Translations under genes and position numbers: made by a program
Source of the DNA: the human T2T-CHM13v2.0 reference genome, Homo sapiens
Direction: 5' to 3' (one strand)
Assembly: GCF_009914755.1 (NCBI RefSeq)
Contig: NC_060936.1
DNA: 64,000 bases
Shown here: positions 52,005 to 64,000 of the stretch, in pieces
Layout: each line of letters opens with the position of its first letter
How positions within the stretch are numbered: position 1 is the stretch's first letter
Notes under the pieces: model-generated
What the model saw: the letters and a program-made list of their open reading frames with translations, nothing else
What the model was told of the DNA's origin: nothing
Databases searched by the model: none

Positions 52005-53392
52005 AGGTATGTTGTTTGCAAGTATTTCCTCCCAGTCTGTGGCTTCTCTTTTTATTCTCTTGACAATGTCTTTTGCAAGTTATAAATTTTTAATTTAATG
52101 AAGTTCAGCTTATCAATTCTCTCTCATGGATTGTGCCTCAGGTGTTGTGTCTAAAAGGTCATCTCAAACTATAGGTCAACTAGATTTTCTCCTATGCTAT
52201 CTTCTAGGAGATTTATAGTTTTGCATTTTACATTTAAGACTGTGAACCATTGGAGTTTACTTTTGGGAAGGGTGTAAGGTCTGTGTTTAAATTCGTATTT
52301 TTGTGTGTGTGTATGTTCAGTTGTTCCAACATGATTTGTTGAAAAGATCATCTTTTCTCCAGAGTGTTGTCTTTGCTTCTTTGTCCAAGGTCTATATTTA
52401 TGTGGGTCTATTTCTGGGCTCTCTATTCTCTTCCATTAATCTATTTGTCTATTGTTTTACCAATACCACACTGTCTATAGCTTTATAGTAATTCCTGAAG
52501 CTGAATAATGTCAGTATCCAACTTTGTTCTCCTTCAGTATTGTATTGGCTATTCTGGGTCAATACCCACAAAGTACTTGTAGGAATTTTATGGAGATTTC
52601 ACTGGATTTATAGATCAAGTTGAGGAAAACTGACATCTTTATAATACTGAGTCTTCGTACCAATGAACATGGAATGTATCTTTGTTTATTTAGTTCTTTT
52701 TTTCTTTCATCAGAGTTGTATAGCTTTCCTCATATAAATCTTGTACAATAATGTTATTCTTATTTTCAATAATGTTATTCTTATTTTATTTGGTGGTCTC
52801 TAATGAAAATGGTATTGTTTTTTAATTTCAAATTCCATTTGTCCATTGCTGCTATACAGAAAAATAATTGACTTTTATACATGAACATTGTGTCTTGCAA
52901 CCATGCTCTAATTGTTTATTAGTTTTAAAACTTTTCTCTTTTTTGCTGATTTTTAAAAATTTTTTACGTAGATAATTATGTCATCTCCAAACAGAGACAT
53001 TTTTATTTACTCCTTCCCAATCTGTATACTTTTAATTTCCTTTCCTTGTCTTGTTGCATTAGCTAGGTTTTCCAGCATAATGTTGAAAAGCAGTGGTGAG
53101 AGGAGACATCCTTACCTTGTTCCTGATCTTAGTGGGAAAGCACTGAGTTTCTCACCATGGTAGTCTGAGAGCAGATATTATATGATTTCTGTTCTTTCAA
53201 ATTTGTTAAGATGTGTGTTTATGGCTCACAATGTAGTCTGTCTTGGTGATGTTGTATGTGAGCTTAAGAAGGAAGTGTATTCTGCTGCTATTGATGAAAT
53301 TATCTATAGATGTCCATTATACCCAGCTGATTGATAGTATTATTAAGTTTAACTATGTTCTTCTTTTCTGCATGCTGGGTCTGTTCATTTCT
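52005..53392 (-). mobile_element. Old L1 (L1M-type) ORF2 fragment with internal deletion
   Basis: Minus-strand translation gives [32 protein letters not shown] (RT), LNNTINQLGIMDIYR and TKTDYIVSHK (endonuclease), and LNVKCKTINLLEDSIGENL (ORF2 C-terminal part). Stops are present, so it is dead. Confidence 0.9.
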
Positions 53393-53636
53393 ATTTAGTT
53401 TTCAGGCTAAGACATGAGTCAATTTTAATGGACAAAGTGGAAGTGATCATTGATGTTGCTGGATAAGATGATAATATGGTAGAAAGGCTAGAAAAATATT
53501 GAGAGGAAATAATATATTCATTCCACAATTGCTTGTTAAATGTAGATTCTGTGTAAAGCTGACTTTCAGTGATGGCCAACATGGATAAAATCCCTGCCCT
53601 CATGCAGAATATAGTCTAGTGAATATGATTGACAAG

Positions 53637-54042
53637 TGTAATGGATTAAATGGTGTCTCCTCAAAATTTATGTACACCAGGAATCTTAGAATGTGACCTT
53701 ATTTGGTAATAGGGTCTTTGCAATTATACTTAAGGATCTTGCGATGAAATCTTAGAATAAGGGTGTTCTATAAGAAGAGAAGAAGAGGCAGAAAAGAAAG
53801 CCAAGTTAAGACTAAGACAAATATTAGAGTTATGCTGCCACAAACCAAGGAGTATCAGAAACCACCAGAAACTAGAAGAGGCAAGGAAGGATTCTCTCCT
53901 AAAGCTTTTGGAGGGAGCGAGGCTCTGGTAAAACCTTGATTTTGGTCTTCTGGCCTCCTGAACTGTGACAAAATAAATCTATGTTTTTGTAAGCCATCAA
54001 GTTTGTGGGACTTTGTTAGAGCAGGCCTATAAAACTAATAAC
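53637..54042 (+). mobile_element. MaLR solo LTR (MLT1C-like)
   Basis: tgtaatggattaaatggtgtctcc...gaatgtgaccttatttggtaatagggtctttgca...ccaccagaaactagaagaggcaaggaaggattctc...aaactaataaca. Confidence 0.88.
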
Positions 54043-54679
54043 ATCAAATAAATAAATGGGTAGGATGTGTTTGGTAAGTACTATGATAGGTGATTAGGTT
54101 GCTCTCTAAGCGGATAGGTAGGTTGCCAATCTAGAGTAGTTGAAGCAAAGGTTCGCTAAAGCTTTCTTGAAAGAGATGGCATATAAACTGAAATCTGAAA
54201 TATGATTAGGAATTAACAAGGCCAATTGATTACACAGAGTATTCCAGATAGAAAAACTCATATGTGAAGGTCTTGTGGGAGAGGCCTGAAGAGTTTAAGG
54301 GATATTTTAAAAATTTCGTTTTGGTTCAATGAGGAAGAGTGAGAGGAGAAAACAAAAGATGAAGTTGGAGAGGTAAAGAAGAGCTAGATGATACAGAAAC
54401 TTTTAAACCATTCCAAGAAATTAGGACTTCAACCTAGCAGCAAGTAGAAGAAGGTATTGTCTTTGTAGAAAGAAAGAACTTGAAAGGTTTCGCATATCAC
54501 TTATGGATGCAATGTGAAGAGGAGATTGGAGGGGCATACCTGAGGCCAGGGAGATTGGTGAGTAGCTTCTGACTGAGACAGAGGAGGGTCTTGGGCTGGG
54601 CTTGTTGCTGAAGGCATGTAGAGAAGTGGACTTTGTTTTGAGATATGTACTGATTATGATAATACTCCTAATAATCATA

Positions 54680-54890
54680 GCATTTATAGTGACAGATGAA
54701 AATTGCAGAATGCTTACCATGTGCTGGATGTCATATTTGCATTATTTTGTTTAATTCTCAATAGTTACTATTAGAGTCTCTATTTCATAGAAAGGTAACA
54801 CTGAAACTTAGAGATCTTAAGCAATTTCTTCAAGATATGCAGCAACTAAGGTGTAGGGCCAGGACCAATGCTGTTTTCTGAACTGCTGTG
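54680..54890 (-). mobile_element. MIR SINE
   Basis: gaatgcttaccatgtgctgg...tttaattctcaatag...acactgaaacttagagatcttaagcaatttcttcaag. Confidence 0.7.
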
Positions 54891-55074
54891 CCAAATATTT
54901 TATAGTATACTTTGTGATTCAGAGTTAAAGATAATTACTAACTGGGATGATGGCGCCCTTTTATGGAACAAGGAACAAAGGAGAAGGACTAGGTTTGTGA
55001 GGGCAGATCGTGCATTTGGTTTTAGACACTTTGATTTTGAGGTGTCTCTGGGGCCTCTCTGGGGCCTCCCACTA

Positions 55075-55205
55075 ATAAGTGGAAAGGTCTGAAGATCCAG
55101 AGAGAGAATGAGGGAGAGTGGGGAGGGTGGAGAGTGGAAATAAGTGGAAATGTCTGAAGATCCAGAGAGAGAGTGAGAGTGAGGGAGAGTGGAGAGGGTG
55201 GAGAG
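55075..55205. repeat. Purine-rich tandem duplication (unit about 65 bp) inside L2
   Basis: taagtggaaa(g/t)gtctgaagatccagagagaga...gagggagagtgg(g/a)gagggtggagag occurs twice. Confidence 0.85.
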
Positions 55206-55589
55206 CAGGTTTGGGGATATAGATTTGGGAATTAGCAGCATAAAAATATGAAGTTACAAACTATGGGATTAGATGAGATGGTTCAGGGAATGGATGAGTA
55301 AAGTAAATTATCCAGGACAGATTCCTAGGAACATGGAGATTTAAGGGTATGGCAAAGGAAGACGAATGAAAAGAGAAGCTTATTAGGAGCTGCTGGACAA
55401 AGGAAGATGTTTGAATATGTTTACACAATTGTGGAAAGAAGACGGTGGAGGCAGCAGTGGCGAAAATTAAGGAACGAAGGAATACTGCAGAATAAATGCC
55501 TTGGGAATGCTGGAGGGGATGTGATCCAAAGCATGATCACAGGGATTAGGCTTAAATAGAAAACACCTCATTCGTTTTAGTAAGAAACA

Positions 55590-55790
55590 CCTCTCAAAAG
55601 GTATAACTAGAATGTTCATAACACACACACACAAAATAATTGCCTGAGGTGATGGGTACACCATTTACCCTGATGTGACAATTACACATTGTATGCTCAT
55701 ATCAAAATATCTCACATTTCCCCAAAATATATATACCTACTATGTATCCATAGAAGTTAAAAATAAAAAAAAAATTAAAAAATAAAGAAA
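55590..55790 (+). mobile_element. L1MA-type 3' end with A-rich tail
   Basis: tgaggtgatgggtacaccatttaccctgatgtgacaattacacattgtatg...atcaaaatatctcac...atatatacctactatgtatccata...aaaaataaaaaaaa. Confidence 0.88.
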
Positions 55791-56229
55791 AGAGGGCCAA
55801 GAGAAGGTTGTAGTTTAGATGGCAAAAAGTTGGATTACTTGTATTTTCTCTGGGAAGTAAGATACAAGGTACCCTGCAGGTCAGAGTTTGAGAGAAGCGG
55901 AGAAAGTTTGGAATCACTGCTGTGCAGAACGTGAGTGTTGACTATGGAACATCATTCCTCATGGAAACATGGAACTACAGAATCACATCTAGGCATTAAT
56001 ATACCAGATGAGGGCAAGGCCCTGACATGAAAGTAGTAGCAATTTGCCCAGTTGGGTAGTTTTCTCTAATAATACTCAGCACGTTGGGCATTGGTAAGAA
56101 CAACTACTGCTTTGCTAGGTGGATATGATGAAAGAACAAGGCAATAGACAAGAGACCTGAGAATGTTGGCAAGAGAGTGAGCAACTGCAAAGCCAGAGCA
56201 GTGGGATAATGAAGTGAGGGAAAAGAATA

Positions 56230-56410
56230 GTAGTAGAGTAGAAGTCTAGAATCTTGGTTACCTATTCCTGATCTACCACTAGCTGGTTGGGTCATGTCAG
56301 GAGCATCTCTTAATGCTGTGGGCTTCAGCTTTCCTTTTCTATAAAGTGAAGAACTGGACTGAATGGTCAGTCTCTAAGGTCTAGTTCAGCCTGAAATTAT
56401 GTGAGTCTGT
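56230..56410 (+). mobile_element. MIR-family fragment
   Basis: ctaccactagctggttgggtc...gggcttcagctttccttttctataaagtgaagaactggact...tctctaagg. Confidence 0.65.
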
Positions 56411-58139
56411 GACTATTGCAGGAGGTAGTAAAGGAAGGAAAGAATGGAAGTGAAGAGTCAAGATGAGCTGTGAATTCACACCAGGCATTTGAGACACACA
56501 ACTGAATGTATTGATTTCAGCTGAGATGTCTACATAAAATGCATTGCTAAGTTTCAGGAAGACTCAATATTTTAATCAAAATTCGATTAGAAAGTAAACT
56601 TAGGCAACTTTGATTGTTCTCTGTACTTTGATTAATCTTCATCTATAAAAGTCTATAGTGAGATTTATATGGACAATGGGATATGGACATGTCCATGAAA
56701 GGGAAAGGATATTAAATAGAGGGTGAAATTGAAACTGTGAAACCCCTCCCTAACCCATCTCCACCCACACAGGAAATGACTCGCTCATTTTATGAGAGGA
56801 TACTGAATAATTTGGCAGGATGCTAGTAACCCCTTACTAGGCTATATAATTTGTAATTCATTTTTTCAGCTGCTCATATCCTAATTCAAACTAGTTAAAA
56901 TGAAGGAAAAGTCATTTGGGATAAAAAGCAGAAGGCTTTTAAAAGCTAATTTTGGAGACGTAGACATTGGGAAAAGAAATTGAGAACACTTATTTTCTGT
57001 CCACCACCTATCATTATCAAATTAAGTGAATACTTACAAAGGAGAGGAGATAGGTACCAAAGACTAACGCTATAAGAAATCTCTCCATCTCCTTTTGTAT
57101 GTGAATAGCAGTGTGAAGAAGTCTCTTAGCCTAGTCGTCCATCAGTTGGGATCTTTAGCACAAATGGCCCCATTTCAAGTCTCATACACATGTCAGTGGA
57201 TCTCGTGGTAAATTTTAGGAATAAAACATCCTCCTGTGTAACAGAAATGCAACTGACATGACCTCAATATGTTATGAATCAGACCAGGAAGATTTCATAA
57301 GGAAATAAAATGAAAAAGAAATTCTCAAATGCAAAGTTAAAGAAAGATTTTTTCTGTGTGGAAGACAGATGATGGTATTATTAATAGTGAAGGGTAAAAG
57401 CTGAAACATTTGAATGTTCAACTAAACATCACCAAATTTCTCATTTCAGTGTGGATAGAAATAACTGCTCTGGAGGTATTTCCATAATCTCAGTTTTAAC
57501 TCCAGCCAGGAACCAAGAAATAAAAAAGCCCTTCTCAAGCAGTTTATAAACTAAAAATAAAGATGACAAAAAGTCAGATTTAGATTAAATTGGAAAAGCT
57601 GGTTTTCAGAGCAGTAATTTTATCTCCCTAAGACAGAAATATGTAGGCTACAGTAAGAGAAACGTTAAGTATTTACTGATACATACAGAGAAAAATAACT
57701 AGTGCCCAGATTTAGCCAATACATATGGACACATGATCAATTAAACTTTGGCAATCACCACATTATTAATGAATCCAAAATGGTCACATTTTCTGATGAC
57801 TGAGTGCTGGAACCTAAAGGAAATGATGTATGCCACTTGTTATACAATCTCTTTTTGAACATCTTCCAGGGCTTTGGTGAGCTAAGACAGCAAAATATAG
57901 CTCCAGTTCTGCTGAGTTGTTCCTAAGGACTATAATTACATTTTATAGTATTTAGCTCAATGAAATCATTTTTCCTTTTAAGTGTAATGAAACAACAAAA
58001 GCCTGAGACCTTTGAATTTTGCCCCCAATATTACTGTTTTGTCACATACATCCTAACCTAAAGCCCCACCTGCACCAAAAATATGCTGTTTCTGTCATTT
58101 AACTCTGAAAAGGGGATTTGTTTATACTAAGGAAGGCAA

Positions 58140-58320
58140 CATGTTGGACTAGAGGAAACATTGAGTTCTTAGGATATCTGGCTTTCAGTTGTGGCTTTAT
58201 CTATATCTGCCATGTGACCTTGGGAAACTTATAAACTTATCTGGGCTTCATTGGCTTCCATGCAAAATGAAGGGTAGATTTAGATTCTTTGTGTGAGTCC
58301 AATAATAACTTCCTATAATT
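58140..58320 (+). mobile_element. MIR-family fragment
   Basis: tgccatgtgaccttgggaaacttataaacttatctgggcttca...caaaatgaaggg. Confidence 0.7.
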
Positions 58321-59609
58321 CCATAAATATATAGACAATTTACAAATGTAGATGCTATCTGTCATAATAGACCACACTGTCCTTTACATCAGCTCCATGA
58401 GAAGTGGTAGAAGTGAGAAGCTTCTGCTTTTGATTAAAAGAAATATCTCTGACAGAATTTTGAGTGACTCATTTCAGGAAAGGATAGAGAAAATAAATTA
58501 ATTTCAAATGGATGAATAGAGAAATTAAACAGTCATTTAAAAACAAAATTTAGACTTGTGGAAGAGTATTTTTGTGATCTAAATAAGGCATAAAACTTTT
58601 CAAAAGAATTATAAAGGAGAAAACATATAAGGCTCACAAATCTGGTGAAAGGAGCGAGAAGATTAAAAATGCCAACTAACAGGATTTTATTTTTTACTTG
58701 GGGCGTGTATATATACATGTATTGTGTATATATATCTCTATGCGTTTATATCTATGTGTGTATACATACATATAAACATATACAATATATGCACCTATGC
58801 ATAAATATATAAATGCAGTCTCTTTAGCACATATATGTACTGTAACCATAAAAAAAGACAGAAAGAGAGAATCAAAAGGTCATCTGTTCCCTGTCACAGA
58901 GGAATTACCTGTGGTAAAAGATAACTGGCTTCCCCAGTCTAATTTACAGATGATACTGGAGACAGGGCTTGGGGTTGTGTGCTAAGGTATGGTCATGTTA
59001 GTTTGCTAATTATACTAATTTACTTTCCACTTTCCTGAACCTACTGAGAAGGTATGTCATCTTACATGGCAAGGACCAAGTCGTATTGGTGGATCTCAGT
59101 GACTGAGGTGGGTATGGCCCATCTGCTAGAAGAGAGTTTTGAATTGGAGATCCCTATGGTTAGCAGTTGAGGAGAGTTTGTGATAAATTACTATTTTTCT
59201 GGATCAAAACAGGAGAGTAGTCAAACCAAGTAGCTCTAGGGTCCGGTGACTGCCAGTCACAGTAGCAGCAATATGATGAATGTCTTAAAAGGGTAGAATA
59301 CTTTACATTTTACAAACTCTTTTCAATATTTGAAGCTCACAATAGCAATATTAAAAGAACTTGAGATGAATTAGTGACACTGGAAGGATGGTGGTAGCAG
59401 ATGGCAGTATGGTGGGCTAAGGGGACATGGTTGACCAGGCATCCAGGTTAAGACTGACTCAAAACCATAAATGGCTTTGATCAGTTTGGTTATAAGTGAG
59501 ACCCAGGGTTTCTAGACAACTGTGTCTTATACTGTCCAGATGAGAATTACAGATTCCTCTGGGGACTTTGATAATGATGTTTGCAACCAGTAGTACAAAA
59601 GCATTTTAG

Positions 59610-60130
59610 TTCATTCATTTATCCATCGACTCATTCATTCACTTATTCATTAACTAATTTATCTACCTTTGCACCTCATATGGTACTAAGACACTTGATG
59701 GCCTAAAAATATGGTTCCTATCTTTTAGGAGTTTATCATTTAATAGGAGATTAGAAGTATAATCTAATAATTTCAATGGAATGAGATAAATGCTAACATA
59801 TATGTATTATATCATATAATACATGTATACATGTGTATTATATGTATATATTACATACACATACACGCACACACAAAAGGTCATTGGTGTACTAACTGAG
59901 GGTACTCTAACTGTACCTGAATGTAAAGGCCTTCAGTTAGGAAAGGTGTGCTTGAGGGTAGCAAGGAGGTCAGTGCAGTTGTAGCTGAGTCTCCAAGCAA
60001 AGGGGAGTTCAGGAGGAGATAAAGCTGGAGGAGTGTTAGCATGAGGGAGTTCTACAGGCCTTTGTAAGGATTTTGGCTTTTAACCTGAATAAAATAGGCA
60101 GCCACCACAAGATTTCAAGTAAAGTCAAAA
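59610..60130 (-). mobile_element. L2 fragments, including (TTCA)n tail
   Basis: tcattcatttatccatcgactcattcattcac; agcaaggaggtcagtgcagttgtagctgag...ggcctttgtaaggattttggctttta. Confidence 0.7.
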
Positions 60131-60479
60131 TAAACCACTTGATGGGAAATTTCTTCAACAGAGTTTAAAATCACAAGTCATGGGCTCTAAACCACTGGCC
60201 TAAACTGATGATATCCTACAAGGATAAACCAAGACATTTTTCTCTGTGTATATTCTCTTTCTTTCAGGTACCACTGACTTTCTTAGGTTCTAGGTTCTGG
60301 GGTGATGTTTTTGCCTGTTATAATGCTCTACAGGCTGGGAATTGACATGCTAATAATTTTGTGGGTGTGGGAACAGCACTGTAGAAATCTCAATTCTGGC
60401 TGCTTCTGGAAAGAAGGCGTGAACCTGCAGTTTGTAGCCATTTGGCCAGATTTAGGCTATATCCTCCAATACAGCTTAC

Positions 60480-60543
60480 CAGGAATAAAGATGGTGTTTT
60501 GATCTCTGCTTGACTGGCTTCAGTATCTATCTCTCAGTTGGTT
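60480..60543 (-). other. Candidate exon 2 (64 nt) of a minus-strand transcript, probably non-coding
   Basis: Minus acceptor cccctctctttattttag|A and donor CTG|GTAAGC; stop codons in all three frames. Confidence 0.5.
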
Positions 60544-60905
60544 CTAAAATAAAGAGAGGGGTATTGTATTTAACATTCCTACATCCAATAAATGCTCCAT
60601 TTGTTCATGTGTCAAGGCCTTGGTGCTGAAGCTGGAGACTAACAGAAAGAGGGAGAGAGGAGAGAGAATGAGGGTCTGGGAGAGGAACAATAGCATTTTT
60701 AAAGAACACAATTATAATAATTATATTCAAGATTACTTTAAGAAAATACTCAAGAATGCACTCTCTCTGCTTCTCGGTCTCCCCTTTCGCAGACTCCAGA
60801 AAATTAGGGTAGCGATCAATTAAACATTCTTTAAAGTGCTCTCTTATGAAGGCAAAATGAAATCCAGTCAACTAAAATTACATTGTTAAAGAAAATAAGT
60901 ATATG

Positions 60906-61018
60906 AGGCGAATTGGTATTGGGTAAATTGGTTTTCAGTAAAATGGCCATTCAGGTGGATTGATTATTTGGCAAACTGGCTTACAAAGAATTAGTCTTTG
61001 GCAGTTTAGACTAGAGCC
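60906..61018. repeat. Degenerate repeat with about 15-bp period (MamRep605-like)
   Basis: ggcgaattggtattg/ggtaaattggttttc/agtaaaatggccattc/.../ggcaaactggcttac/.../ggcagtttagactag. Confidence 0.55.
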
Positions 61019-61039
61019 AAATGATTAATGGATCCTCTG

Positions 61040-61450
61040 TGCAAGAACCATGAAAAATGTCATCCAGCCTCAGCTTGAACACCCAGTAATGAGAAATATA
61101 TTGCAATGCAAGGCAATTCAAAACAATTTAAAAATTTGTTTTTAAATACTTGCATTATACATGTTTCCATTGGTTCATATCCAACCCTCAAGAACAACAT
61201 TTAATTTTAAAAATTCGTTCTTTATATGCAAGCTTATGAATAAAAATTAAGAGTTATTGTTTTTTTACCCGATGCTCCTTTAACCTAAACAGCTTGAGTT
61301 CCTTGAGTCGTCCCTTCTGTGGTTTGGCTTTTCTAACCCTTCACCATCTTGGTTGCTCTGTCAACATGGCTCTTGAGGAAAATCACATGGAAAAGAACAT
61401 TACACTGCTCTGAATTCTGCTAAGAACATGAGCATAGCCTTCTTTATTTT
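61040..61450 (-). mobile_element. CR1/L3-like ancient LINE fragment
   Basis: catccagcctcagcttgaacacc...caaggcaattc and ccttcaccatcttggttgctct. Confidence 0.45.
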
Positions 61451-61815
61451 GAAACTTATTATCATTAGGATTTTGAACAAGCAAATCTTATCAGATACAA
61501 TCAAAATGCAAGTTTATTTATGTGTTTGTTTATTTGTTTAAAAAGTCATCCAAATCTCTTTTAAAAATGTTTCAGTGGTAGAAGTTCTTCTCTCCTTTGG
61601 ATGAAAAATCTGTCAGGTTCTTGAATTTTCTACTTACTCTTAGGCAATATAGAATACTCTGTTCACATTAATTCACCAAATACCTTCTTAATTTGATAAA
61701 ATATCAATCCCTATATACTAATTCAGAGATAAATCTCCCTTCTCTTCCTTCCGCGAGCCAGGGCTTGACTGTAGGCAAGCAGCCTATCTTCTGGGAAGTG
61801 GCCTGGCGGACTTAC

Positions 61816-61990
61816 TGTTTCTAGCTCGCTTCCTTCTCCATCAACCCCACTAGCTGCTGTCTCTGACCTCTTTTGATTCTAGTGATGGGACAGGTAGGTG
61901 TGAGGAGATAAAGAGGTAAAAAGGTAGGCTGTTTCTTGTTTGACTGCTATTCCACTCAGACACTCGATAGAGCTCTATTATTCTCTGAGT
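61816..61990 (-). other. Candidate first exon (about 175 nt) of a minus-strand transcript
   Basis: Ends at donor ACA|GTAAGT (GT at 61815-61814). Starts at Inr-like TTC-A-CTC (A at 61990), 30 nt after TTTAAA. An internal acceptor could instead give a 63-nt exon at 61816-61878. Confidence 0.45.
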
Positions 61991-62100
61991 GAAGCCCTCT
62001 TGAGCAGAATTCCATTTAAAATGGCCCCAGCCAGTCTCTCTCTCTCTCGGGGCACATACACACACGTGGCTCACATCTGATTGCTGGGAAACTCTCACTT
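61985..62100 (-). promoter_or_regulatory. Candidate core promoter (TATA-like plus Inr, upstream E-box)
   Basis: TTTAAA at 62020-62015, Inr at 61990, a (GA)n tract, CACGTG at 62063-62068, and local CpG retention. Confidence 0.4.
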
Positions 62101-63014
62101 ACTTTTTATCTTGACAAAACTCAGTACAGGTGAATCTTAATGCAACAGCATCTCTCTCCTGGCTCTGCCCTCAGACATCTCACCTGTAGACACTCAGGCT
62201 CCTCTGGCATCAGCACAATGTGCCTCCCAACTCCAAGGGACAGAAATGAAGCTCTCTGCAAGTCTCAGAGAAGCCCTGATCTCTAGGCTTGAAGCTAAGG
62301 GGGAAGTACCCATCTCCTGCTGTAAGGGTGGGGAAGGGAGACTCAGCACTGAAGCAGTTCTCTCCAAAACATCTCTTCACAAACCTAGCCTTAGTTACTA
62401 CTCCTATACCTTCTCATATCTTTCTTATGGGGTTCAGAGCCTTTAAATAGCTCTAGGTCACTTAATTAAAAACTTTTACTCAGTGGTCCAATAGCTCACT
62501 TTGGAATTTAACATCTTATGAATTTGCCACAGTTAAAACTCCCAGTTTTACCTCCTATCTGTGCTTCTTTTAAAAGCAGCCCAAGATCAAATTAAATTTT
62601 GTTAACACGCTTATGGCCCTCTGTATGTCCTTGACTGAACTGCTTCACCCTTTATTCTTGTTGTAATTAAGGGTGTTCAGAAGAAACAATTTAAAAATGG
62701 GAAATAATAATACAAATTAAGCATGTGCTATACATTTATTAAGTCATATTAAAACCTCCTTTTAAAGCGCTTGAAGGTTCACATATTATATACAGTCTTA
62801 AAAATCATGGCTTTTGGTATAATTTTCCAGCTCTGAGGTGGTGGAAAAAAAAGAAAGAGAGGGAACTAAAGGCAAGGAAGGGGCTGACCGCTGCGCCCTT
62901 TGCACCAAGAGAATAAACAACCTGGGAAGTCATCAACCCCAATTCTGAGGACAGTGTCAAGGGCTTTGTTAATATCCCTGGGATACCAATTATTTTCCAA
63001 ATAAAGCTTTGCTG

Positions 63015-63068
63015 GTGTGTGCATGCACGCACACACACATGCACACACACACGCACACACACACACAT
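63015..63068. repeat. Imperfect (CA)n microsatellite
   Basis: gcacgcacacacacatgcacacacacacgcacacacacacac. Confidence 0.9.
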
Positions 63069-64000
63069 TTCCCACCCTTGTCCTGTGTATTTGCAATTCA
63101 GGCTATGCACAGTGCAGAACAGCGTGGCTTAGTTTTTAGGAAGTTTATTCCAATGGAAAATGAATTCTTGGATTTAATCCCAAATAAATTATCTTTCTAA
63201 TCATATGAAGGTATATTCCCATATCCACACACAATAAAAAATCTTGAACTGAAATAAAACTCATGCTCAGAAGAGAACAAATCCCCAGGAGCCATTTTCC
63301 ACTGATCTGTTTTTATCTCCTGGAATTCATTCTCTCTCCTTTACTAAGAGATTTCTGTGAAAGTATGACTCAGTTCCTCCAGCAGGTCTTGACTACTATC
63401 TCTGAGACAAATTTCAAAACCCATCTGACACATTTTAAGACCACTGTTCATACAGCATTTTCTGACATACTTTTCAGTGTTCTGGAAAGTCAGCTGCTTT
63501 TTCATCTCACTCCCCACTCCTCAAATCCTTTTCCTTTTAGTGCTTCATTATAAAAGCAATATATATTCATTAAAAAAGTAAAATGTAGACAAGCAAAATA
63601 ACATAAAGTGCACTCATGATTCAGTCAGAAATATTCATTATGTTTCTCTGAATATTTTTAATATCCTTTTTACATGCATGTTTTCTTAATCTGTAGGTAG
63701 GAATCACATTTAAATGCTATTATAGGTAACCATATTAAACCAACTTGATAGTTTTTGACCACTTGCATTGGTTCCGATTTCCTTACCATAAGTAGGGAAG
63801 AGAAGAAATTATTGGCTTTAAATGAATTACATATAAATAGAAAATACATATGAAAAAACTTTAAATACTAATTTCTAACAAATTTTAATTTTCACCAAAT
63901 TATTGTGTTCTCTCTCACCTCTAGCTCCTAAGCTCAGCTAGGTTTGTATCTTTCCATGCTTATGTATATTCTTTTATACATATGCACGCACTTTTTTTCT

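Larger units (their letters stand above)
53520..56250 (-). mobile_element. Long L2 fragment broken by MLT1C, MIR and L1 insertions
   Basis: taaaatccctgccctcatgcagaatatagtctagt; attccagatagaaaaactcatatgtgaaggtctt; ggttttagacactttgattttgaggtgtct; atagatttgggaattagcagcata. Confidence 0.7.

Noticed and set aside
52169-53163. ORFs resembling reverse transcriptase/ORF2
   Set aside because: Decayed L1 with stops (e.g. GTR*G) and deletions; not a functional retroelement or a novel RT system.
56683-56696. 14-bp palindrome ATGGACATGTCCAT containing a perfect p53 half-site
   Set aside because: A few palindromes of this size are expected by chance in 64 kb, and there is no second consensus half-site.
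58700-58830. TA/TG-rich self-complementary tract (also 59800-59875)
   Set aside because: Low-complexity degenerate microsatellite; any hairpin is trivial, not miRNA-like.
60906-61018. Periodic repeat superficially like a repeat-spacer (CRISPR) array
   Set aside because: Eukaryotic context, no unique spacers and no cas genes; it fits a degenerate mammalian interspersed repeat.
61816-61878. 63-nt phase-0 coding exon NQKRSETAASGVDGEGSELET
   Set aside because: I do not recognise the peptide, and splicing to the next candidate exon stops after 7 codons. Kept only as an alternative to the first-exon model.

Overview
This is AT-rich, CpG-depleted primate (almost certainly human) nuclear DNA that looks intronic or intergenic. 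It contains 8 Alu copies (AluJ, AluS and AluY types; 7 of 8 on the minus strand), many ancient L2 and MIR fragments, at least 9 MaLR (MLT1) solo LTRs, LTR16- and LTR33-like ERVL LTRs, hAT-type MER5/MER63 elements, old L1 fragments and microsatellites. No ORF in the track resembles a real host protein: they are Alu-, L1-, L2- or LTR-derived, or chance ORFs. I cannot name the locus or a host gene. The best non-repeat signals are four. (i) A minus-strand TATA-like/Inr promoter near 61990 with two spliced, apparently non-coding exons (61816-61990 and 60480-60543). (ii) A CpG-retaining promoter/enhancer-like island at about 4730-5220. (iii) A few isolated small exon candidates on both strands. (iv) A GATA/E-box/MEF2 module at about 33620-33700. 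I found no convincing novel biological system, so the findings are testable hypotheses. Repeat family names come from recalled consensus sequences and boundaries are approximate.
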